Assembly: GCA_029259185.1 (NCBI GenBank)
Contig: JAPDJF010000016.1
Coordinates: forward strand, 1-29,762
DNA from: Hadesarchaea archaeon
GTDB taxonomy: Archaea; Hadarchaeota; Hadarchaeia; Hadarchaeales; WYZ-LMO6
Length of the DNA stretch: 29,762 nt
Reading direction: 5' to 3'
The position numbers were made by a program, and so were the translations under genes. The notes under the pieces are model-generated. The model was not told the DNA's origin, made no database searches, and saw nothing but the letters and a program-made list of their open reading frames with translations. Positions 19,546 through 27,749 of the stretch are shown here, piece by piece. Every line of letters begins with the position of its first letter. Within the stretch, counting starts at the first letter, position 1.

Positions 19546-20467
19546 ATCCAGCTAATCTCAATATGGTAGAGGCGAGCTTTATCCTAGATCTGAGGTCCGG
19601 AAGAAGCAGCTCCTCAAGGACGACTCTGATCCCCAGCTCCTCGATTCTTTCCCTGAATGTCCCATCGCTCGGGTGGATCAAGAGCGTGCCTATCACTTCA
19701 CGATAGACCTCAGCCACTCCTCGAGGGCTAACTTCATACCCAAGTGCACGCATAAGGGCCCCTGCCGGACCACTCACAGGAGAATTCCCTATTAGTGGGC
19801 TCACAGCGATAACCTTTGACTTTCGCTTAGATAGGGTTCGTTTTATCTTTTTTATGGCGAGGATAGGACCTATGCTCGTAATGGGATTGCTTGGGCCTAT
19901 AATGATGGCCTCGCTCTCGTTCAGTGCCTTTAGGACTCCAGGAGCTGGCTTGGCTTTTCCGGAACCCTTGAAAGATACCGCTTGGACTCGTATCGATCCC
20001 GCTCCCCGCACTAAATACTCCTGCAACCCGATCGGGGAAGAATCTGTATGAATCACCGTTTGCACAGGATCATCGGACATGGGCATGACCTTGGATCTCA
20101 CACCCATCGCGCGACATATCTCGGCTGTTGCCTCGGAGAGTGACTTTCCTTCGTCCAACATCATGGTTCGGATTATGTTCGTCGCCCTGTCTTTATCGCC
20201 TATCTTCAACAATTCTTTCCACCCCAAGCGCTTCATTGCTTTATAGGTCTCAAAAGTGTCTCCCTTTATCCCCCACCACGTACGTTCGTTAACGATTCCC
20301 GCTAAGGTATAGACCACCGTGTCTAAGTCCGGTGAGACGTGTAAACCCGAAACTTTCGTATCGTCTCCCGTGTTAACTATTACTGAAATTTCTTCAGAAG
20401 GCATCAGCCTCATCATCCCCTGGAGCAGTTTGGGTGTTCCAGTGCCACCCGAGAGCACGGCGATCAT
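19523..20467 (-). CDS. cofD: 2-phospho-L-lactate transferase
   Basis: LSGGTGTPKLL, VNTGDD, SPDLDTVVYTLAG, IGPSNPITSIGPIL and SGPA. Confidence 0.95.
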   Translation of the reverse strand: MIAVLSGGTGTPKLLQGMMRLMPSEEISVIVNTGDDTKVSGLHVSPDLDTVVYTLAGIVNERTWWGIKGDTFETYKAMKRLGWKELLKIGDKDRATNIIRTMMLDEGKSLSEATAEICRAMGVRSKVMPMSDDPVQTVIHTDSSPIGLQEYLVRGAGSIRVQAVSFKGSGKAKPAPGVLKALNESEAIIIGPSNPITSIGPILAIKKIKRTLSKRKSKVIAVSPLIGNSPVSGPAGALMRALGYEVSPRGVAEVYREVIGTLLIHPSDGTFRERIEELGIRVVLEELLLPDLRSRIKLASTILRLAGFKVGGRL

Positions 20468-20565
20468 TATCTATCAATTCTACTCCCCCCGTAGAATCTA
20501 AATTCATTTTAGTCGAAGGCGGGGATATCCAAAAGGATTATCCGAGACCTACATTAGTATTGTGG

Positions 20566-21210
20566 ATGGCTCAAGAGAGTGGGAGAGTAAATACCAAGAG
20601 AAGGATAAAGGCGGTGCTATTCGATCTAGATGGGGTTCTGATAGACTCCATTGATGCTTGGTACGTAGCCCTAAACGAAACTCTCCGAAAATTCGGGAAG
20701 AAAAAGATAGGGAAAGGAGAATATGTGAAGAAATGCTGGGGGTTTAGTCTTTCCCGCAATTTGAAAAGATTTGGACTCGGGAGGAAAGCTGTGGAGTACT
20801 GTCTCTCTAAGTATAAAGCCCACCTGGATGAGGTCAAGGTCATTCCGGGAGCACATGAGGTACTTGAGAGATTGAAAAGAAGGTTTAGGCTTGCAGTGGT
20901 CACGAATACTCCTTCCTCTGCAGTGAAACGTATCCTTGAGAGCTTTGGACTTGAAAAATACTTCGAGACGGTTATCACCGGAGACGACGTAAGGAAGACG
21001 AAACCCAACCCTGAGGCAGTACGAAAGGCATGCAGGAGGTTAGGAGTGCACCCTTTTGAGACCATACTCGTCGGAGATACGAAGAGTGATGTACTCGCAG
21101 GAAGAAACGCAAAGGGTGTGGTGATAGGAGTAGGAGTGGATGGAGATTTTAGAATCGAAAAATTATCTCAGCTACCCGAACTGTTGAATCGAATAAGCCG
21201 ATCCTATTGA
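20566..21210 (+). CDS. HAD-superfamily hydrolase (phosphoglycolate phosphatase/PpaX-like, C1 cap)
   Basis: FDLDGVLIDS, VVTN, KPNP and VGDTKSDVLAG motifs. Start taken at ATG 20566 because the longer ORF overlaps cofD. Confidence 0.9.
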   Translation: MAQESGRVNTKRRIKAVLFDLDGVLIDSIDAWYVALNETLRKFGKKKIGKGEYVKKCWGFSLSRNLKRFGLGRKAVEYCLSKYKAHLDEVKVIPGAHEVLERLKRRFRLAVVTNTPSSAVKRILESFGLEKYFETVITGDDVRKTKPNPEAVRKACRRLGVHPFETILVGDTKSDVLAGRNAKGVVIGVGVDGDFRIEKLSQLPELLNRISRSY

Positions 21211-21965
21211 CCAAAGAGATCTTGTTCTCTTGGTCTCACCAATTGTTTGGCTTCTCCTACCCCTCTCTCGTATGGGGCTTCCTTTATTACCACGACAGGT
21301 GTACTCTCATTTGCCTCCCCCATCACCAAAACGGCCGCCGCTGCTAGCGCATCTGCCGAGGCGATCACGGTGCTCTCAAGCCTCTTATTGTACAAATCTT
21401 TTCTCCCCTGTAAGTTCAAAAGTGGACGCATCCCCGCCACTCCTATGGCTACCCCCACACACCCAACCCTGAAGGCCCTCCCTTGCGTATCCGAAATGAT
21501 CACCGCCACATCCACTCCCAGCAACTCTTTGATCCGTCTTCTGATCCTTCGGGCACTCGAATCTGGATCTGCTGGTAGTAAAGTCACCCGTCCACGCCCC
21601 ACGTTAGAGCGATCGATCCCCGCATTGGCGCATATGAATCCGTGGGTTGTCCGGGTTATCAATACGTGAGATGCTCTGAGTATCTCGCTGGATTCTCTGA
21701 GGATAACCTCTACCACCCGTGCATCCTTCCCAGAAGCCCGAGCCAACCTCTTGGCTAGTGTGGACGGTTTGATCTCTTTGAGTTCTACGACCCTTCCCTC
21801 AGCTTTGGAAACAATAGTCTGGGCCACCACCACTACATCCCCGTGTTGGAGGGAAACTCTGTTGCGCTTCAGGGCCTCCACCACGAGTTCACCGATATCA
21901 TCTCCCTCTCTTACGAGTGGGATACCACGAAGAGGTACTAACTTCATCCAGCGAACTCTCCCCAA
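21204..21965 (-). CDS. cofE: Coenzyme F420-0:L-glutamate ligase (canonical type)
   Basis: IPLVREGDD, VSKAEGR, CANAGIDRSN, LLPADPD, SDTQGRAFR and MGEANESTP. Start may be 21947. Confidence 0.92.
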   Translation of the reverse strand: MGRVRWMKLVPLRGIPLVREGDDIGELVVEALKRNRVSLQHGDVVVVAQTIVSKAEGRVVELKEIKPSTLAKRLARASGKDARVVEVILRESSEILRASHVLITRTTHGFICANAGIDRSNVGRGRVTLLPADPDSSARRIRRRIKELLGVDVAVIISDTQGRAFRVGCVGVAIGVAGMRPLLNLQGRKDLYNKRLESTVIASADALAAAAVLVMGEANESTPVVVIKEAPYERGVGEAKQLVRPREQDLFGQ

Positions 21966-22033
21966 ATCGAATTAAACCTTATCGATCCAAGTCGTTCTAT
22001 GTTCATAAATAATGAAAAACTTATCTCTAAATC

Positions 22034-22798
22034 GTGGCGAACAGGGTTATGCTTATAGGGGTCAGAACCCCCCTGATAAAGCCGGGTGACGATTTACCCA
22101 AGACAATACTCCGAGCAACGAAGCGCGTAGGAGGGTTGAGGGATGGGGATGTGTTGGTTATCGCTTCCAAAGTCGTGGCGGTGGCTCAGGGGAGGATCGT
22201 TAAACTCTCTAGAATCAAAGTCTCCAGATCAGCGAGGAAGTTATCCAAAGAATCTGAGTTGGATCCCACTTTGGTGGAACTCGTTCTTCGAGAGTCAGAT
22301 GATATCGTAAGCGTTTCAAAGCACGCTATCCTCACTGTGGTGAGGGGTGTTCCTTTCGTGAACGCTGGGATAGACCTTTCCAATGCCCCGAAAGGACATG
22401 CTATCTTGCTACCTTCAAGACCCAACGAGGTTGCGGAAGAGCTTCGCGAATCGATCTCAAATAAAGGAAAGAAGATAGGGGTAATCATAGCAGACAGCAC
22501 GGTAAGGCCACTCAGGCTAGGGACGGTAGGTCAAGCCATAGGGATAGCGGGGTTAACGTCCGTTATCGACCTACGTGGAAAAAAAGATTTGTTTGGTAAT
22601 CCCCTCAGAGTAACTAGGAGGTGTGTGGCCGATCAAATAGCTACCTCTGCTGAACTTTTGATGGGGGAGGCTGGTGAGAAGAGTCCTGTAGTCATCGTCA
22701 GGGGTCTCAAAGATATTTTGGGAAAACCCACATTAGAACCAAAAGTAAAACCTAGAGACTGTGTTTATTTCAAAGTATTTTACCAAAAAGATCAATAA
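22034..22798 (+). CDS. Second, divergent CofE-family gamma-glutamyl ligase
   Basis: TPLIKPGDDL, NAGIDLSN, ADSTVRPLRLGTVG, DLFGNPL and LMGEAGEKSPVVIVRG. Motifs differ from the neighbouring cofE. Confidence 0.85.
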   Translation: MANRVMLIGVRTPLIKPGDDLPKTILRATKRVGGLRDGDVLVIASKVVAVAQGRIVKLSRIKVSRSARKLSKESELDPTLVELVLRESDDIVSVSKHAILTVVRGVPFVNAGIDLSNAPKGHAILLPSRPNEVAEELRESISNKGKKIGVIIADSTVRPLRLGTVGQAIGIAGLTSVIDLRGKKDLFGNPLRVTRRCVADQIATSAELLMGEAGEKSPVVIVRGLKDILGKPTLEPKVKPRDCVYFKVFYQKDQ

Positions 22799-22803
22799 CG
22801 ATT

Positions 22804-23577
22804 TCATGCCTTTATTTTCAGTTCAACTCCTTCTTTTTTAAGCTCTATCTCAAAAATCTCTTTTTCAGGGATTACTCCCCTCACCTCTTCGCAAACCAAC
22901 AAATTCCTTCTCCCACCGTCCCCGCTTTTCTGGAAAGAAAGTAGTCCATCCGCTTTGGACATGATCATCGTCTCTAAGCTCGGATCTAAAGCCCCAGAGG
23001 TCAAGACCGCTAGGATGGTGAAGTCCCATAACCTGCAGGCTTCCCGCAGACTTTCCAAAAAGGCCAACAACTCAAGTGTTTCTTCCTTCTTGAAGAACAA
23101 CGCGAGGTCATTTAGAGTAAATAGGACTATCATACTGTTTGGTGCTTCTCGTTCCAAAAACTTGGAGAGACTGGAGATTATCTCCTCTCTCATTTTTTTC
23201 ACAGAGTCCCCATTTGCCTTACTTATCCAGCTTCCCAAATCACCCAGTGAAGTTGGTGGTTCCCAGAAAACTCTGAAGAGGGCTCTCTTTGAAAATTCTT
23301 TGTAAAAATTCTCAGAGAATTTCCCTTTGATATCTCGTAACACGCTTTCTTTACTTTTCGCTAGTGCTACATACCAAATGGTATCTGGTAAGATCACGTT
23401 TTCAGGGAGTTCTGCGAGTCTTCTCTTCAATTCGGCTTGTCTCACCGTCATTGTGTACAAGAACTCACTCTTCTTAGTTCCCGGGGGTCCATCCAGAATG
23501 ATGAATGACCCTAATGGGAGACCTCCAGAAAACATCTTATCAAAGAGAGCGAAACCGGTTGGAAGTTTGAGAGACAT
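22804..23577 (-). CDS. RAD55/KaiC-like RecA-superfamily ATPase domain protein, probably catalytically degenerate
   Basis: LPTGFALFDKMFSGGLPLGSFIILDGPPGTKKS N-terminus typical of RAD55/KaiC; ADGLLSF near the C-terminus. Confidence 0.75.
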   Translation of the reverse strand: MSLKLPTGFALFDKMFSGGLPLGSFIILDGPPGTKKSEFLYTMTVRQAELKRRLAELPENVILPDTIWYVALAKSKESVLRDIKGKFSENFYKEFSKRALFRVFWEPPTSLGDLGSWISKANGDSVKKMREEIISSLSKFLEREAPNSMIVLFTLNDLALFFKKEETLELLAFLESLREACRLWDFTILAVLTSGALDPSLETMIMSKADGLLSFQKSGDGGRRNLLVCEEVRGVIPEKEIFEIELKKEGVELKIKA

Positions 23578-23650
23578 CTTTTATCTATTAACAACTGACT
23601 CAATAAATATGTTTATTGTATATTTTCGGCATTGGGACAAAATTCAATGA

Positions 23651-23808
23651 TCACCTCTTCAGGATGATCACGTAGGCCCTTCGACCCCTGTATTTTCTGG
23701 GCGCGTCAACTTTTGCACTATTTCCGAAAGGCGTGATTCTCTTTTCGTATACCAGTTCGACCTCGTCAGTCAGAACCACTTTTTTGCGGTGGTCTCGATC
23801 TTTCTCAA
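23651..23808 (-). pseudogene. DUF2080-like transposase-associated small protein (probably frameshifted)
   Basis: Manual translation: (MRKIETTAKK)/VVLTDEVELVYEKRITPFGNSAKVDAPRKYRGRRAYVIILKR*. The frameshift falls in an A-run near 23780; alternatively a GTG start at 23779. Confidence 0.75.
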
Positions 23809-23817
23809 TTGTTTGTG

Positions 23818-24527
23818 ATGCGCATCATAACACCGAAACTTGCTAGACAGCTGATTGAGGTCTTGGACGAGCTGAGGGGGGAGTTGTTTCAGAAGGAGAA
23901 TACCAGTTATCCCTTTAGCGAGTGGGAGAGGAAAAGGGGACTCGTTAAGCGGGGGCTCAGGGAGCTGCTCGAGTTCGCCAAGAAGGCGGCGGAGGGCCGA
24001 TCTGGTACAACGCACCATGCTGTTCCTCTTCACGAGACTAATGAACAAAAGCAACCGGGACATCAGAGGTCCTCGTCCCCTTCGAGCCGCTGTTCGGTTT
24101 CGAGGTCAGCTACAAGAGCGTGGAGCGACTGCACTCCGACGAGGCAGGCGACGGAACTGGTTACCATCAAGCGATGGGATGCTCGCGAGAACGGGAATCA
24201 AAATGAAAGAGATCTCGATGGACAAATACTACAGTTCGAGGGAGGTTCTCAGACTTTTCGGGGAGAGAACTTCCGTCTACATCGTCCCCAAAAAGACCTC
24301 TCAAGAGTGGGTTTGGAGTGGGTCCCGGTCATCGGGAGGATAGCAGAGGATCCCATGGAGCTCCTCAAGAAGTACTTCATGAGAAATTTGAGCGAAGCCG
24401 CGACATCCGCGGGCGAGAGACGGTTCGGCTGGACGATAAAGCAACGAAGGGAGGAAAGGCGAGAGATGGCGATGTTCTCCGTAGCGCTGCTTACAACGTC
24501 TTTGCCACAAGAGTGGTTATGGGGTAA
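23818..24527 (+). pseudogene. DDE transposase pseudogene (multiple frameshifts and deletions)
   Basis: Transposase-like segments are spread over three frames: MRIITPKLARQ...; LFTRLMNKSNRD; EPLFGFEVSYKSVERL; ISMDKYYSS; YFMRNLSEAA...RRFGWTIKQRRE. The final stop at 24527 overlaps the right TIR. Confidence 0.8.
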
Positions 24528-24645
24528 TTTTGTCCCAAAGCCTATATTTATCAATGAGCTTAAAAGGGGAATTCTTAATTCCCGTATCGAGTGGCTTCGC
24601 ACGAAGAGCGAAAAAGTACAAATCTGGATCCATTTAATTTATTGC

Positions 24646-24734
24646 GGGCCCGTAGTCCAGCGGTCAAGAAGTGAAACTTGACAAACGCCACCCTTACAAG
24701 GTGGAGATCGAGGGTTCGAATCCCTCCGGGCCCA
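24646..24734 (+). tRNA. tRNA-Val(TAC) with a 16-nt intron (24669-24684) in the D-arm
   Basis: Acceptor stem GGGCCCG/CGGGCCC-A; anticodon arm CCACC-CTTACAA-GGTGG; T arm GAGGG-TTCGAAT-CCCTC. Removing AAGTGAAACTTGACAA restores the D-stem GTC/GAC. CCA is not encoded. Confidence 0.95.
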
Positions 24735-24985
24735 CTTCTTGGTTCAGAACTTTTCGGGGAACAAAGTGCTTGGTGACAAAGGGAAGCATATACCCCTTGG
24801 AAAACGTGGTATGAGATCGGGGCATGGTGGATACACGTTTGCGCAGGCTGGGAACTTCCGTGAGGCTCAGGGTTGGCCCCCAGGGTGCTCACCCGGCCTA
24901 GGAGTCACTCTCCTCGGAAGAAACGGTTCAAGCTTCAGGTGCTGGCTAAACTTAAACGCTGGCGGACGGAAGTAGGAGGGGGAAG

Positions 24986-25735
24986 GTGGGGAGAAGAACT
25001 CTCGTCCTGATCTCGGTCGCTCTCGCGATCGGCCTCCTCGCTTGCCTGTTCGTGAGGGTAACGCTTGCCTCGGGTCCCAGGTGGAGGGTGGCTCGCGCTC
25101 CCATCCTCGGCGGGGGTTTCTTCCAGTGCCTCCAGGCTCTGGGTCCGGATAGCGTATTCTTCGCGGGTCCCGATTCCGCCGGGAGGGAAGCTCTCTGGAT
25201 GTGGGACGGGAGGGAGTTCGTGCGCTTGGCCGAGATGCCATGTGTGTCCTCCCCATATGGTTTCTACATGGTCTCCCCCACGGAGGGGTGGGTCGGTAAC
25301 TGCGAGTCCCTCTGGAGGTGGGACGGAGAGGGGTGGACCGAGTTCGAGAACCCGTTGGGAATTTACAAGGAGAACTACGATTGCGGTCCCATCGTGTGGA
25401 TCCAGATGCTCTCCTCGAGCGAGGGGTGGGCGATAGCTAGGCTCTGGGCCGCGAGGTGGCCTATGGAGGAGTGGGTGGGGGGCGCGTTCCTCCGCTGGAA
25501 CGGTTCCTCCTGGGAGGTGGCTCAGATGACGGAGGAGAAGTGCTGGTGGGGGGACATGCTTTCGTCCGAGGATGGATGGGCGGTGGGAGACAATGGAACC
25601 ATCCTGCACTGGGACGGAAGGGAGTGGTCCGTGGTCCCTTCCCCAGTCGACTGCTGGCTCTGGTCCGTCGACATGCTCTCCCCCACGGAGGGATGGGCGG
25701 TTTCCTTCGGAAGGGGGGTGTTGAGATACGGGTGA
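24986..25735 (+). CDS. Exported or membrane-anchored Trp-rich repeat (beta-propeller-like, WD40/YVTN/BNR-like) protein 1
   Basis: GTG start after GGAGGGGG; N-terminal hydrophobic helix; repeats of DMLSxxEGWAVG...LxWDGxxW. Confidence 0.75.
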   Translation: MGRRTLVLISVALAIGLLACLFVRVTLASGPRWRVARAPILGGGFFQCLQALGPDSVFFAGPDSAGREALWMWDGREFVRLAEMPCVSSPYGFYMVSPTEGWVGNCESLWRWDGEGWTEFENPLGIYKENYDCGPIVWIQMLSSSEGWAIARLWAARWPMEEWVGGAFLRWNGSSWEVAQMTEEKCWWGDMLSSEDGWAVGDNGTILHWDGREWSVVPSPVDCWLWSVDMLSPTEGWAVSFGRGVLRYG

Positions 25736-25739
25736 GGGC

Positions 25740-26831
25740 ATGAGGGGGCTTGTGGCTCTCCCGGTGCTCGTGCTCGTGCTGGGGTCGGCGCTGCCCGTGG
25801 CGGCCTCCGGAGGGCAAAGGCGAGAGCTGATGGGGAAAATCGTCGTGTTGCTCGTTGTCGCCGTTGCGGTTGGTTCGGCTGGATATTTTGTTTTGGTTTC
25901 AACCCAAACGCACCCCTGCTGGAGGAGGGTGGATGCCCCATTCGAACCTTGGACCCCGGTGCGCCCTTCGGTCTGGGTCTTATCCCCTAACGAGGTTTGG
26001 ATATTCGGAAAAACGTATATGGAGAACACCTCGTCGGAGGGTATATGGAAGTTCGATGGGCGAGAGTTTTCCTTCGTGGTCGGCTTACCGGGTTGGGTCT
26101 CTGCTTCTTACATATGCTCTGAAAATGAGATGTGGTTAGGGTGCTGTGACCTTCATTCTCGTGAACTGTTTTTATGTCGTTGGGATGGAGAAACATGGAC
26201 AAAATACATACCAACTCTTCCAAAAAAAGACAATATCTGTGGTCTAATTTTTGGGATCGACATGCTTTCTTCCGATGAGGGTTGGGCAGTAATTACCTAT
26301 TTCCGATACACAAAAGACCGTTACCCTCCTGTTCAGCTAGGAGGAAGCGATTTTTTACACTGGGACGGGGAAAAGTGGCTCGTTGTTCCCAGTCCAATAG
26401 AAGGATCGCTGCGCTGGGTTGACATGCTTTCGCCGGAGGAAGGTTGGGCGGTGGGAGACAATATCCTGTACTGGGACGGAAGGGAGTGGTCCGTGGTCCC
26501 TTGTCCAAGCTCAGGCATTCTCTCACACATCGACATGCTCTCTTCTGATGAGGGTTGGGTAGTCGGAGACAATATCCTGTACTGGGACGGGGAAAAGTGG
26601 TCCGTTGTTCCCAGTCCAATAGAAGGATCGCTACGCTGGGTTGACATGCTTTCGCCGGAGGATGGATGGGCGGTGGGAGACAATGGAACCATCCTCCACT
26701 GGGACGGGGAGAGGTGGTCCGTTGTTCCCTGTCCGATGCATGTAGACCTGGCGTATATCGATATGGTATCCTCGAAGGAGGGCTGGGCAGTCAGCGACTC
26801 TGAAATCCTTAAATACGGTGAGGGTTCTTGA
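25740..26831 (+). CDS. Exported or membrane-anchored Trp-rich repeat (beta-propeller-like) protein 2
   Basis: Same repeat family, with about 37-aa units in the C-terminal half. Two tandem signal-like segments; the true start may be ATG 25830. Confidence 0.78.
   Translation: MRGLVALPVLVLVLGSALPVAASGGQRRELMGKIVVLLVVAVAVGSAGYFVLVSTQTHPCWRRVDAPFEPWTPVRPSVWVLSPNEVWIFGKTYMENTSSEGIWKFDGREFSFVVGLPGWVSASYICSENEMWLGCCDLHSRELFLCRWDGETWTKYIPTLPKKDNICGLIFGIDMLSSDEGWAVITYFRYTKDRYPPVQLGGSDFLHWDGEKWLVVPSPIEGSLRWVDMLSPEEGWAVGDNILYWDGREWSVVPCPSSGILSHIDMLSSDEGWVVGDNILYWDGEKWSVVPSPIEGSLRWVDMLSPEDGWAVGDNGTILHWDGERWSVVPCPMHVDLAYIDMVSSKEGWAVSDSEILKYGEGS
26360..26735 (+). repeat. Intragenic tandem repeats, about 111-bp unit (222-bp higher-order period)
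   Basis: CTGGGACGGGGAAAAGTGG..GTTGTTCCCAGTCCAATAGAAGGATCGCT.CGCTGGGTTGACATGCTTTCGCCGGAGGA occurs at 26360 and 26582. Related units start at 26471 and about 26699. Confidence 0.85.
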
Positions 26832-27147
26832 GAAGGGCTGGAATTACTTCTTACTTATGAGGGGATTGAGGAAAGTTGTCCCGGATGTTCTTTTTCCTAA
26901 GGCACAACATTCTTGAGGCCAGACTTGCGGGAAGAAGGGGGTGAGAAATTCAAAATCAAGAAGGATGGAACAAGAGCCATAGATGTAATCGGTAGAACTC
27001 TATCTCCTTTCCCCCATCTTCTTCCTCGGGTCCATCAGAAGGTGTCACCATGGGTGGAGACCCAACTAGGAGCTTATCGTGAAAAAAGTTGTTTTCAGTC
27101 TTCTCCATTAGGTTAAAAAAGGGGTGAGCATTTAAAATGATGAGAGG

Positions 27148-27717
27148 ATGGGCAAAGCGTTAGTATTTCTTGCTCCCGGATTCGAAGAGATAGAGGCACT
27201 AACGGTTGTGGATATTTTAAGACGGTGTGGGGTCGAAGTAACAACGGTTGGGTTAACCTCTGGGATAGTTGAGGGTGCGCATGGGGTTAAGGTGGTTCCA
27301 GACACGAACATAAACGAGGTAAAAGCTGAAGATTTTGATGCGATCATTTGTCCGGGGGGATCTCCTGGGTATGAGAATCTAAGGAAGAGTGAGAAGGTGC
27401 TTCAGCTCGTGAGAGAGGCTGCTGGAGCTGGTAAGCTCGTTGCAGCGATATGTGGTGCGCCCTCTGTACTTGCGGATGCTGGAGTGTTGAGAGGGAAGAA
27501 GTGCACGATATATCCTGGCCTAGAAGAGGAACTCAAGAGAGGAGGAGGAAAACCGAAGGGTAAGCTCGTGGTTACGGATGGGAACTTCATTACGAGTATG
27601 GGTCCGGGCACAGCATTGGCGTTCGCATTTGAATTGGCCAAACGTCTTGCTGGAAAAAAGAAAGCGGAAGAAGTGAAAAAAGCCACCCTAGCAGCTAGGG
27701 GTGCAAAGTTCAAGTAG
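27148..27717 (+). CDS. DJ-1/PfpI (YajL/ThiJ-like) glyoxalase/deglycase
   Basis: GFEEIEA..VDILRR, PGG, AAICGAP nucleophile elbow and TSMGPGTA. Confidence 0.92.
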   Translation: MGKALVFLAPGFEEIEALTVVDILRRCGVEVTTVGLTSGIVEGAHGVKVVPDTNINEVKAEDFDAIICPGGSPGYENLRKSEKVLQLVREAAGAGKLVAAICGAPSVLADAGVLRGKKCTIYPGLEEELKRGGGKPKGKLVVTDGNFITSMGPGTALAFAFELAKRLAGKKKAEEVKKATLAARGAKFK

Positions 27718-27749
27718 TTTTCACGTCTCCCGAATACACGGGTGGATGA

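Larger units (their letters stand above)
23628..24542. mobile_element. Decayed insertion sequence, ISA1214-like (ISNCY group), 915 bp
   Basis: TIRs GGCATTGGGACAAAATT (23628-23644) and AATTTTGTCCCAAAGCC (24526-24542), 16/17 complementary. Flanks TATATTTTC and TATATTTAT (imperfect TSD). Contains a small divergent ORF plus a broken transposase. Confidence 0.85.

Noticed and set aside
23809-24681. 290-aa ORF as an intact gene
   Set aside because: It is a frame mosaic of a broken transposase that reads through the TIR and into the tRNA.
24739-24975. 78-aa ORF directly after the tRNA
   Set aside because: TTG start 4 nt after the tRNA with no recognisable features; cannot be supported as a gene.
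24867-26029. Long minus-strand ORFs (364, 129, 139 and 118 aa)
   Set aside because: Pro/Arg-rich antisense shadows of GC-rich plus-strand genes, with no recognisable motifs.
25550-26735. Diversity-generating retroelement (TR/VR pair) or CRISPR array suggested by near-identical repeats
   Set aside because: The repeats are in-frame protein repeats, mismatches are not adenine-specific, there are no unique spacers, and no reverse transcriptase or cas gene is in the window.
24735-27130. Integrated provirus or plasmid bounded by a tRNA 3' duplication (attR)
   Set aside because: There is no integrase. The best downstream match (CCTCGGGTCCA near 27024) is too short and mismatched to call an att site.
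26832-27130. 300-bp gap with a 67-aa ORF (26913-27116)
   Set aside because: No recognisable domain, RNA structure or repeat; probably decayed islet border.
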